The position numbers were made by a program, and so were the translations under genes. The notes beneath the pieces were generated by a model. That model searched no databases and was not told the origin of the DNA. It saw only the letters and a list, made by a program, of their open reading frames with translations. This document shows, piece by piece, positions 11,137-20,324 of a stretch of 64,000 bases of DNA. How positions within the stretch are numbered: position 1 is the first letter of the stretch; each line of letters starts with the position of its first letter. Origin of the DNA: Chitinophagaceae bacterium (GTDB lineage: Bacteria; Bacteroidota; Bacteroidia; Cytophagales; JASGCU01); contig JASGCU010000002.1 in the NCBI GenBank assembly GCA_030053935.1, positions 9,107 through 73,106 of the forward strand. The letters are read 5' to 3'.

Positions 11137-11231
11137 GAGGGTTTCTAAAAATTCAAATCCTAAAAACTGTATCCTTTAAAAATCAATAGTTACCAACACT
11201 TTTTTTGAATAAATCAATTTTTAGAACCCAC
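11137..11231. repeat. family-B intergenic element, copy 1 (about 93 bp, terminal inverted repeats)
   Basis: gagggtttctaaaaattcaaatcctaaaaactgtatcctttaaaaatcaatagttaccaacactttttttgaataaatcaatttttagaaccc. Ends gggt(t)tctaaaaat / atttttagaaccc are inverted repeats. Starts 1 nt after the ftsE stop. Confidence 0.85.
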
Positions 11232-11343
11232 CTTTAAGTATATGACAAAGATTTCTCTATGCGAATAGTAGAAAAATAAAAAATGTTTCTCTTTTTTAAT
11301 ATATGAATAATTACAAAAAAATCAATAATACTTATACTTTCAT

Positions 11344-12870
11344 ATGAACAACATATCAACGGAGAAGAAATTTTTAGGACACCCTTGGGGTTTATTTTAT
11401 TTGTTTTTTGCAGAATTATGGGAGAGGTTTAGTTTTTATGGGATGAGAGCATTGCTTACACTGTATATGGTGGAGCAAATGTTCGTAGCTTTAGAAAAAA
11501 GAGATTCTATAGCCATCATTATTTATGCCTCGTATGGCTCGTTAGTATATGCGGTTACTGTTTTGGGCGGAAAGATTTCAGATTCTCTCTATGGATATAG
11601 AAATTCTATTATTTTGGGAGGTATTTTCATTGCGATAGGGCATTTTATCCTTGTTTTCAATGCGGAATGGACATTTTTTATCGGTTTATCTTTCATTGTT
11701 GTTGGTACGGGTTATTTTAAATCCAATATTTCTACTTTTGTAAGCACTCTGTATTCTAAGGGGGATATTCGTCAGGACAGCGGTTTTACCATTTTTTATA
11801 TGGGTATAAATATTGGGGGATTTATAGCTCCCCTTCTCTGTGCTTACCTTGCAGTTAACTACGGTTGGCATTACGGATTTGGAGCAGCAGGAGTAGGTAT
11901 GATTTTAGGTCTTTTTTGTTTTCTTTTTGGTTTAAAATCAGGGGTATTCGGGGACAAAGGTCTCCCTCACTATCCGGAAAAACTCCAAAAAAAATATATT
12001 GGTATACCAATGAGAGTATGGATACCCCTTCTTTCTCTCTGTATAGTTCCTTTTATAACGATGCTTATCTCCAATTATGAAATATATACCATCGGAAATA
12101 TATTTGAAGGGTCTGTAGTAAAGCTTTTATTCTTTGTTCTCCTTGCGTCTATTTTACTCTATCTGTTCTTTCTTATAAGAAAACAAACGAAGGAATATAG
12201 AAATAAGCTCATAGTAGCCGTTTTACTCACTTGTTTTATGTCTTTTTTTTGGGCATTTCACGAGCTATCGGGGAGTATAATAACTCTTTTTGTGGGAAGA
12301 AATGTAAATACTTCGGGATGGATGAGTGCCGCCTCTTCTAATGCCTTAAATCCATTTTTTATTATTCTTCTGAGTTTTACAGCACCGTTTTTCTGGGGAT
12401 GGCTTTCAAAATACGGAAAAAATCCTCGAACACCTTATAAATTTGTAGGAGGACTAGCACTCATCGGCTTCGCTTTTCTCCTCATAAGCACCTCTCGTTA
12501 TTTTGCAGATGAACAAGGATACGTGCCTTTTGTTTTTGTCATCATTATGTATTTTTTTATATCAGCAGGAGAAATTTTTATGTCCCCTGTTGGCCTCTCT
12601 AAAATAAACGATCTTTCTCCAATACGTATCCGCTCCTTTATGATGGGAGTATGGTTTTTATCCTCCTCATTCGCTTTTATGATAGGGGGTATCATTGGAA
12701 AATATTTTACCATAGAGCATTCTCCTGATACTAACAATACAAACGGAATATATACCTTAGATATATATCTCAATGGGTTCGAAAAAATAGGATATGCATC
12801 ACTCGGATTTGCCGCTCTTATATTTATTCTCTCCCCTGTTATGAAAAAATGGATGAAAGAAATACATTAG
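11344..12870 (+). CDS. POT/PTR2 family proton-dependent oligopeptide transporter (MFS)
   Basis: 508 aa, polytopic. The FAELWERFSFYGMRALLTLYM motif is diagnostic of the POT family. Confidence 0.88.
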   Translation: MNNISTEKKFLGHPWGLFYLFFAELWERFSFYGMRALLTLYMVEQMFVALEKRDSIAIIIYASYGSLVYAVTVLGGKISDSLYGYRNSIILGGIFIAIGHFILVFNAEWTFFIGLSFIVVGTGYFKSNISTFVSTLYSKGDIRQDSGFTIFYMGINIGGFIAPLLCAYLAVNYGWHYGFGAAGVGMILGLFCFLFGLKSGVFGDKGLPHYPEKLQKKYIGIPMRVWIPLLSLCIVPFITMLISNYEIYTIGNIFEGSVVKLLFFVLLASILLYLFFLIRKQTKEYRNKLIVAVLLTCFMSFFWAFHELSGSIITLFVGRNVNTSGWMSAASSNALNPFFIILLSFTAPFFWGWLSKYGKNPRTPYKFVGGLALIGFAFLLISTSRYFADEQGYVPFVFVIIMYFFISAGEIFMSPVGLSKINDLSPIRIRSFMMGVWFLSSSFAFMIGGIIGKYFTIEHSPDTNNTNGIYTLDIYLNGFEKIGYASLGFAALIFILSPVMKKWMKEIH

Positions 12871-13334
12871 CAAGAGATTCCGAAAGAGTAAATAAAGAAG
12901 CAACAATAAAATGGAAATAAAAAATTTGGACCATTTGATACCTTACAGTTTCACATCAATAAAGACTTGCACCTTATCTACAGACAAAATGCCATAGTTA
13001 CAAATTTAGAACATTGAATATTTAAGATTTTTTTATCTCATTTTTGCAAGGAATGCTGAGGTCTCTTAAACATCAAAGTATTTTCCAAAAGATGTCCCCA
13101 TGCTCAAATGGGAACACAACAAAAAAAATATCCCACAATTTCAATCATTGCCTCTTTGGAAAATATATTTCTCAAAAATACGCAGAAAAATAAGAAAAAA
13201 ATAGAGGAAATGAGAAAAATGTATTGCTTTGTATTATCATTGTGAAAAAGAGTAAAAGATTTCTTGTATTCTTTTCAAAATCATACACATTAATTTTTAG
13301 ACCCTACCATTATACTAAAACAAAAGAGATATTT

Positions 13335-13682
13335 ATGGCAATAATGATAACAGATGACTGTATTAACTGCGGAGCATGCGAACCCGAATGTCCCAATACT
13401 GCAATCTATGAAGGAGGATCGGAATGGGCTTGGTCAGACGGAACAAGTCTTCAAGAGGTAACCCTTCCCGACGGAAGCATTATAAATGGAAAAACCAATC
13501 AATCCCCTGTTTCCAAAGAATTTTATTATATAGTCCACGAAAAGTGTACCGAATGTACAGGTTTTCATGAAGAACCACAGTGTGCAGCTGTTTGCCCTGT
13601 GGATTGTTGTATTCCTGATCCCGAACACGTGGAAACGAAAGGGGATCTTCTTGCAAAGAAAATATGGATGCATGGTTCTTGA
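13335..13682 (+). CDS. 4Fe-4S dicluster ferredoxin
   Basis: Start moved to ATG 13335. [20 protein letters not shown] and [22 protein letters not shown] cysteine clusters. Confidence 0.85.
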   Translation: MAIMITDDCINCGACEPECPNTAIYEGGSEWAWSDGTSLQEVTLPDGSIINGKTNQSPVSKEFYYIVHEKCTECTGFHEEPQCAAVCPVDCCIPDPEHVETKGDLLAKKIWMHGS

Positions 13683-13735
13683 TTTAATTTACGAACGCAA
13701 AAAATTTGCACACATACAAAACTGAACGAATATAC

Positions 13736-14335
13736 ATGCAAACATTACCATTGATGGAGTCATTTTATTCTATTCAGGGAGAGGGTGAATTTCAGGGAGA
13801 AGCCGCTTATTTTATTCGTTTAGGGGGCTGTGATGTAGGATGCTTTTGGTGCGATGTAAAAGATTCGTGGGAAGCAAAAAAACATCCGCTTACATCTATA
13901 GAAAGCATTCTCAAGAAAGGAGAAGCATTTCCTACAAAACTATCTATTATCACGGGAGGTGAGCCGCTTATGTACGATATGCTACCGCTCACCACTGCTC
14001 TTCAAACTTTACGATATAGAACACATATAGAGACCTCAGGTAGTTACCCTCTCACAGGAATATGGGACTGGATATGCCTTTCGCCAAAAAAATTCAAAAA
14101 ACCTCTCCCCGAAATTACTAAAAAAGCAAACGAACTCAAAATAATACTCTACAATAAGTCCGACTTTCAATGGGCAGAAGAATACAAGAAATTGGTGAAT
14201 CCACAATGCAAACTCTTTCTCCAACCCGAATGGTCTGCGAAAGAAAAAATGCTCCCCCTACTCATCGAATATGTCAAGCAAAACCCACAATGGAAAATTT
14301 CCATTCAGATTCATAAATATATTAACGTAGAATAA
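13736..14335 (+). CDS. queE: 7-carboxy-7-deazaguanine synthase (radical SAM)
   Basis: MQTLPLMESFYSIQGEGEFQGEAAYFIRLGGCDVGCFWCD is the QueE N-terminal cluster motif. Start moved to the Met at 13736. Confidence 0.85.
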   Translation: MQTLPLMESFYSIQGEGEFQGEAAYFIRLGGCDVGCFWCDVKDSWEAKKHPLTSIESILKKGEAFPTKLSIITGGEPLMYDMLPLTTALQTLRYRTHIETSGSYPLTGIWDWICLSPKKFKKPLPEITKKANELKIILYNKSDFQWAEEYKKLVNPQCKLFLQPEWSAKEKMLPLLIEYVKQNPQWKISIQIHKYINVE

Positions 14336-14349
14336 GATATGAAAACCTA

Positions 14350-15504
14350 TTACTCCGAGGACTTAAAAGGATTCCTGTTTTTCCAAGTAGCCCCTATATT
14401 TTCTAAAAACCAACTACTCAAAAAGTTAAAAGTAATACGTGCTAATCCAATTCTTATCCATATATAATTATATTTCTCAACAGGCACCGCTCCTAAACTT
14501 GCTTTTGCTTCCAGAGCAGTTCTTCCTAATTCCACTATTCTATAATTCTTATGAATGGCTGTTTTCAAACCGTCGAATAATATCGCAAAATACAGGGAAT
14601 GTGTATTATTTACCTCCTCGCTATATCCAATATAATGTATCTCCATTTTTTGTTTTTCGGGATAATAAATATGTGAGGCGAAACCAATCAAAGTATTATC
14701 CAAAAAATAACCATATATACAAAAATTCTCTCGTAATAAATACTTCATCTGAATGAAATATGTCTCATTCAAAATTCCTAAAGTAATAGTTTGCTTTCTT
14801 ACTATATGAAGATACATTTCATATATTTGTTTTTGATAAAAGATAATTTCTTGTTCGCTCATATCTCTCAACAATACAGGTGCAGAATCTTTTAGAATTT
14901 TTGTGGCTCTTTGTCTATATTTTCTTGATAATTTTTGCAAATACAATTCAAAAGTTTTCCACTCTTCGGAAACGTGTAGTTCCATAGAGATGTCTTGTTG
15001 AAATGGTTTATATTGGGATGGAATTGTGGATTGAGAAAAACTAAATCCATACGAGCAATCTTTCACTAATATGCCTGAAAAATTTTTTTTCCTTCGATGG
15101 TCCATCCTGTAGAGAGACAAAAAATCAAATAATTTTTCTTCGTCTGTTTTATTTTTAAAATAAAATCCCTGAAAATTTACTCGAAACAAATTTCCACAAA
15201 TGAGTAAATTATGATTTTGTCCTTCTATGAAACATTGGAACATCCGAACGTATTTTTTCTCAAATACCCTTTTATTATAGTGTTTTTGACTAAAAACAAA
15301 TTCTTGTAAATAGAGAATCCCTATACATTCTTTGTCTTCGTAAAGATTCAAATACTTATATTGAATATCATCTATATTGCTTTTTTCTAAAACTAACAAA
15401 TCATCATTGCGTAAATGATGTGCTTGCGGTAGTAGTTCCTCCCACTTTTCTCGCACTTCATCAAAACGAGAAAAGACCTCGTAGCTTCTTTTATTTTTTT
15501 CCAA
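14350..15504 (-). CDS. hypothetical protein, possibly FemAB/BioF2-like GNAT-fold acyltransferase
   Basis: 384 aa. The C-terminal half (HIYYPEKQKMEIHYIGY...LYFAILFDGLK...VELGRTALEAKASLGAVP) resembles Acetyltransf_6-type proteins from memory only. Confidence 0.4.
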   Translation of the reverse strand: MEKNKRSYEVFSRFDEVREKWEELLPQAHHLRNDDLLVLEKSNIDDIQYKYLNLYEDKECIGILYLQEFVFSQKHYNKRVFEKKYVRMFQCFIEGQNHNLLICGNLFRVNFQGFYFKNKTDEEKLFDFLSLYRMDHRRKKNFSGILVKDCSYGFSFSQSTIPSQYKPFQQDISMELHVSEEWKTFELYLQKLSRKYRQRATKILKDSAPVLLRDMSEQEIIFYQKQIYEMYLHIVRKQTITLGILNETYFIQMKYLLRENFCIYGYFLDNTLIGFASHIYYPEKQKMEIHYIGYSEEVNNTHSLYFAILFDGLKTAIHKNYRIVELGRTALEAKASLGAVPVEKYNYIWIRIGLARITFNFLSSWFLENIGATWKNRNPFKSSE

Positions 15505-15660
15505 TCTTAATGCTGTGTTATAATTTCATTTGTTAATTTTATTGATTGTACACCAAATAAAATCTCTCCCATAAAGATATTTTTATGAGAGAGATTTGTT
15601 TGTCTTGATGAGTAAGAATTATTTATTAACAATTATTTCTTTGTTAATACCTTATAAACT

Positions 15661-16101
15661 TTATCTCCAAGCACTCAAAATTCCACACATAAGCATTACT
15701 GTAATACTCCAGTATCCCCAATTAACAAATACCCATGCCCATTTTCTCATTTCAAAAATTTTCATAGTAATAAATATTGGTAATAATACTGTGATAGAAA
15801 AAATAATACCATGTGCTACCCCATGCTTGAAAGTTACGTAGCTATGTCCATCTATTGGGTCAACGACTTGTAATTGCTCTTGACCACCAACCCCTGTAGT
15901 CCAAGCCCATAAAAAAGAGGTAAACAGACAAGATACTAATAGTGCCAATAAATAAAGCACAGGTTTAGGACCATTCCCTAAACTCTCTTTTGTAAAACCA
16001 TTCGCTTTCATCCATACATTTCCTAATAAAGCGGGATGATAATAAATATACCCCATAACTAAGGGAACAAACACTGAAATAAAAAAAGATATATAATTCA
16101 T
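15661..16101 (-). CDS. DUF1761 family membrane protein
   Basis: 146 aa with four hydrophobic segments. N-terminus ...VMGYIYYHPALLGNVWMKANG is typical of DUF1761. Confidence 0.6.
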   Translation of the reverse strand: MNYISFFISVFVPLVMGYIYYHPALLGNVWMKANGFTKESLGNGPKPVLYLLALLVSCLFTSFLWAWTTGVGGQEQLQVVDPIDGHSYVTFKHGVAHGIIFSITVLLPIFITMKIFEMRKWAWVFVNWGYWSITVMLMCGILSAWR

Positions 16102-16409
16102 TTTTTTGATTAGATAAATAATTAATTTGTAGGTTGTAATGTATTGTCTGTAAATATAGATTTTAATTCACAGTGACGCAAAAGCAAAAATATAATAAAA
16201 ATTTTATACCTTTCCCTTTTACATTGTGAATACACTTTTTGAATATAATGTTTGCATAAGCTGAGAGCGTTATTCTCGGTGTTAATGGTGAATTATAATT
16301 TCCATCGGTACTCATTTTAAGTATTTTGAAAATGTATGGGAAGCAATAGAATAAATTTTTTTGGAAAAAAAGAGAGTATTGATAGTATGCTCTCTTTGAG
16401 TATTCCAAA

Positions 16410-17068
16410 TTATTCTCCCTCTGCTAATAAAATATCGGGGTGATATAGTTTTTTGTTATGGGAGTTAAATTCATATTTCACATCGCATTCTAAATAACAA
16501 GCATCTATTATCATCCATCTCTTTACTTTATAGAGATTTTGAGATTCTATTTGCTTTTCTACAAATACTTCAAAACTTATAATAAAATGTAATGCATCAT
16601 AATTTACTTTAAAATTATTTGAAGGGGAAAGAAAAAAAGATCTTTGAGTAGAATGAATATTTTCTTTATTGTAGGTTTTACATTCTATATAACAAAAAGA
16701 ATTTTTTGCATATTGAAGTTCTATATCAGGGTATCCTGCTGATTGATGTATACTCCTGATGTTTTTGGAACTTGAGAATGAAAGGAATCTATTTGATTGA
16801 GAGAATTTTTAAGAAACGGTTCTATTTTATTTCCTACTTCGTTAGGTCTTTTTTCTATAATTCCTTTTTCATTTATGGATTGAAAAGCAGATTCTACTGC
16901 AATAATAATGTTTTTTAAAAGATGTATATGAATTTGGTTTTTTTTATCAAATGTTATAACCTCCTTTTTACTGATAGCTTCTATAATAAGCTTGAGAGGA
17001 ATATTTTTTACAGGAGTTAACATTTGTTTTATAATGTTTTCTAATGTATGTATGTAATGCTCGTTCAT
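16410..17068 (-). pseudogene. frameshifted type II restriction endonuclease candidate (PD-(D/E)XK-like), partner of the adjacent methyltransferase
   Basis: A 115-aa ORF (17068-16721) starts in an ATGA overlap with the methyltransferase stop. A second frame is open without any ATG/GTG/TTG start for about 132 codons (16808-16413). It reads ...NIRSIHQSAGYPDIELQYAKNSFCYIECKTYNK...KRWMIIDACYLECDVKYEF...HPDILLAEGE. One missing A in the A5 run (plus-strand T5 at 16762-16766) would fuse both parts into about 220 aa. Confidence 0.6.
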
Positions 17069-18300
17069 TTTTTTAGTATAACAATTCTGTTAGAGTTCGT
17101 GCCTTTATTATTATTATCTACGCCCCAAATGTTTGATGTCTTGGTAAATACTTGCTCATTTATCAGTATCCCTAAACATATAAATCCCGCCTTTATACCT
17201 ATATCTACTATATGTTCATCTAATTTTATAGTGCCATTCCTTACTTCGCCTACCTCAAATGCTACATATCCTTCCTGTTTTGTAATGCGATAAAGCTCTT
17301 TAAATACCTTCGTCATAATAATAATCCAGTCACTTAATTTTTTAGTAATGGTAATATGTTTGGCAATTTCTTCTGTGTCAATACCATTAAACCAGCATCG
17401 TAACCAATTATCATCCGTATACTGAACTACATCTAAAAATGGAGGCGAGGTTACCGTGAGTTGGATAGATTCATTTGGTATTTCGGGGGTATCAGAGGCA
17501 TCTTTTGTTAAGAATAATGATGCCTCCGCTTTGTTTTTGAGAATTTGTATTTGAGGGGTAGTAATGTCTCTGAGCAGTTGCTTCGATTTCTTAAAAATAA
17601 TTTCTTTCGTATTTCTATATTCGGGGATTTGGTTCTTTTGTTCATTTATTTTCAATTGCCTCTTAGGGCTTACCGCTTGATTAGGGGGGAGAGTATAAAC
17701 AGAAAAGAACCCTTTGGAATGCCCCGTCAATCTATTGGTAGCAACCATTTGTATCCAAAAATCCAGAGCATCTGCTTTTGCGTTTATAATTCTTTCTTGA
17801 ATAGAGTGCTTCAAAGAAAGTATCTCTTTCATCGTTTCTGTATGATAAAACATAGAAAGGTCTCTATCGGGCAGTATATTTTTATATATAGGTATGGAAA
17901 AAAGCCGTTCTTTCAATTCAAAAACATGGGGGATATGGAGCCGTCCCCTACAGAATATCTTGCTGATGGGATTTATATCATTAGAAATAATGTTTCTATT
18001 GAGCAAAGCCGCTTCTATAATAGTAGTTCCCCTGCCTGTAAAAGGATCGTAAACAATATCGTTTTCTTTTGTAAATCTTTGTATAAAAAATCGTGGAAGC
18101 TGTGGCTTAAAGCAAGCCCTGTAAGATATTTCGTGGAGAGAGTGTGCCTGCCTTTGCTGAGAAGTCCAAAACTCATTGATAATCTTTTTGATAGTATGCC
18201 CATTTATCAATATACTTTCTTCCCTTGTTTCTTTGGGGTAGAAATTGGATTGGTTTGTATTCAGAAAAGAATTGTTTTCTAATAAAATATTTGTGAGCAT
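17065..18300 (-). CDS. DNA methyltransferase, N4-cytosine/N6-adenine class
   Basis: 411 aa. AdoMet motif I DPFTGRGTTIIEA (about aa 85) and catalytic motif IV TSPPF (about aa 285). S-P-P-F is the variant usually seen in m4C enzymes; the specificity assignment is inference. Confidence 0.8.
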   Translation of the reverse strand: MLTNILLENNSFLNTNQSNFYPKETREESILINGHTIKKIINEFWTSQQRQAHSLHEISYRACFKPQLPRFFIQRFTKENDIVYDPFTGRGTTIIEAALLNRNIISNDINPISKIFCRGRLHIPHVFELKERLFSIPIYKNILPDRDLSMFYHTETMKEILSLKHSIQERIINAKADALDFWIQMVATNRLTGHSKGFFSVYTLPPNQAVSPKRQLKINEQKNQIPEYRNTKEIIFKKSKQLLRDITTPQIQILKNKAEASLFLTKDASDTPEIPNESIQLTVTSPPFLDVVQYTDDNWLRCWFNGIDTEEIAKHITITKKLSDWIIIMTKVFKELYRITKQEGYVAFEVGEVRNGTIKLDEHIVDIGIKAGFICLGILINEQVFTKTSNIWGVDNNNKGTNSNRIVILKK

Positions 18301-18678
18301 ATGGGATTCGGTTTTTTTTTAGTAAGAACCCTGATAATAAAAAATGAAACTATACAATAATACATATTGTAACCATTTGAAAACTATCAGGAGCAAAAAA
18401 CAAATTTACTACTTTTTTCATTCTTACTAATATCGTAATAATTATCTGCAAATTATTCTCAATTTCTATTCCTTTTTTTGTAATAATACATAGAAAAAGA
18501 GAGAGCTGCTTTTTACAGCCGCTCTCTTTATTGGGCTGACCAAAAAGTATTCCTAAAAAATTATGAGAATATATTTAGAAACTATATTAAAACACAAAGC
18601 AATTCATTACTACTATTCTATTATATTTTTCGCTCTTAATAGAATTTAGACTGGTAAAAAAATAAAAATAATAACATA

Positions 18679-18773
18679 AGAGGGGTTCTAAAAATTCAAA
18701 TCCTAAAAACTGTATCTCTTAAAAATGAATAGTTACCGACACTTTTTTTTTGAATACATCCATTTTTAGAACC
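18679..18773. repeat. family-B element, copy 2
   Basis: gaggggttctaaaaattcaaatcctaaaaactgtatctcttaaaaatgaatagttaccgacactttttttttgaatacatccatttttagaaccc. About 90% identical to copy 1 by eye, same orientation. Confidence 0.85.
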
Positions 18774-18886
18774 CTTCTATTGATATTTATTTACAGTGGC
18801 TGTAGATGTAGCTTCTCTTATTCGGGTAGATACTACGCATATTTTTGTGTTTAACACTTGAATTCAAGCGAAGAGTATCTGAGTAG

Positions 18887-20314
18887 TTAGGAATAATTAT
18901 AAGGTTTTACCAATGTAAGTTTTTTTTGTTCGGCTATTGTAAGCATAAAGTTATAGGCATCGTGAAAGTTATTTTGGATTATTCCTTCTAATATGGCTTC
19001 TTTTATGGCTTCTTTTATTTCGCCGATGATTTTAGAGGGTGGTAAATTATATACTTGCATAATAATTTCTCCTGATATAGGGGGTTGGAAGTTACGTATA
19101 TGGTCTTTTGCTTCTACCTCGATAATTTTTTGTTCTACGTATTGAAAATTTGCAAGGTATTTTTGAACTTTGTTATGGTCTTTGCTGGTAATATCTGCTT
19201 TGCAAAGTTTCATAAGGTCATCTATGTCTTCGCCTGCTTCGAATAAGAGTCGTCTGATAGCAGATTCTGTTACTTCTTTTTTTACGAGAGCTATCGGGCG
19301 GAGGTGAAGGCGGACTAGTTTTTGGACGTATTGCATTTTAGAATCCATGGGTAATCTCATTCTGTGAAATAATTTTGGTACCATTCTTGCTCCTTTTTCT
19401 TCGTGTCCATGGAATGTCCATCCGATTCCGGGATAGAATTTTTTAGTGAGAGGTTTTGCAATATCGTGTAATAAGGCAGCCCATCGGAGCCATATACCAT
19501 CACTTACTTTTGATATATTTTCTACCACTTTGAGGGTATGGTAAAAATTATCTTTATGTCCTTTTCCTTCTACTTCTTCTACTCCTTGGAGGTTTGCCAT
19601 TTCAGGAAATATAATTTGTAAAACACCGGCGCTGTATAATAGTTTGAATCCTAATGATATTTGGGGTGATAGAATGATTTTATTGAGTTCTTCTGTTATT
19701 CTTTCAGCAGATACAATTTTTAATCGTTCTTTATTATGAATGATACCGTTCATAGTTTCGTGGGATATATCAAAATTGAGTTGTGAGGCAAATCTTATAG
19801 CACGCATTATTCTGAGAGGATCATCGGAAAAAGTGATATTAGGGTCGAGGGGTGTTTTTAATATTTTTTTTTGTATATCTTCTATTCCGTTGAAAGGATC
19901 TATAACCTCTCCGAGTGTTTTTTTTTGTAGGCTGATAGAAAGAGCATTTATAGTAAAATCGCGTCTTTTTTGGTCATCTTCTAATGTTCCAATTTCTACT
20001 GTTGGTTTTCGGGAGTTTTTTTGGTAGCTTTCTTTTCGGGCGGTTACGATTTCTAATTGGTATTCTTTCCATTTTATTTGTGCTGTTCCGAAGTTTTTAA
20101 ATATAGAAATATGGACATCTTTTCCTAATTGTTTTGCTATATTTTCTGCTATTTTTATACTGTTTTCGGTGCATACCAAATCAATATCTTTAGATCCTTT
20201 ATTAAGGAATATATCTCTTACATATCCGCCTATTATGAAACATTCTTCTTCGTCTATAGCATTTGTTATAATTTCAAATATGGGGTCTTGTTGTATTCGT
20301 TCTCTCAGGTTCAT
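18887..20314 (-). CDS. cca: tRNA nucleotidyltransferase (CCA-adding)/poly(A) polymerase family with HD domain
   Basis: 475 aa. GGYVRDIFL..SKDIDL head domain, RRDFTINAL, and HD region ALLHDIAKP. Confidence 0.8.
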   Translation of the reverse strand: MNLRERIQQDPIFEIITNAIDEEECFIIGGYVRDIFLNKGSKDIDLVCTENSIKIAENIAKQLGKDVHISIFKNFGTAQIKWKEYQLEIVTARKESYQKNSRKPTVEIGTLEDDQKRRDFTINALSISLQKKTLGEVIDPFNGIEDIQKKILKTPLDPNITFSDDPLRIMRAIRFASQLNFDISHETMNGIIHNKERLKIVSAERITEELNKIILSPQISLGFKLLYSAGVLQIIFPEMANLQGVEEVEGKGHKDNFYHTLKVVENISKVSDGIWLRWAALLHDIAKPLTKKFYPGIGWTFHGHEEKGARMVPKLFHRMRLPMDSKMQYVQKLVRLHLRPIALVKKEVTESAIRRLLFEAGEDIDDLMKLCKADITSKDHNKVQKYLANFQYVEQKIIEVEAKDHIRNFQPPISGEIIMQVYNLPPSKIIGEIKEAIKEAILEGIIQNNFHDAYNFMLTIAEQKKLTLVKPYNYS

Positions 20315-20324
20315 TGAGTATTTT

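Noticed and set aside
16163-16408. 81-aa ORF just downstream of the endonuclease remnant.
   Set aside because: Non-ATG start, Phe/Tyr/Lys-rich low-complexity sequence, no recognisable motif. Likely a spurious ORF in the spacer.
16615-16640. I first thought the restriction-enzyme remnant had a second frameshift at the T7/A7 run (16632-16638).
   Set aside because: Codon-by-codon recount showed I had slipped a base. The downstream frame is continuously open from 16808 to 16413, so only one frameshift is needed.
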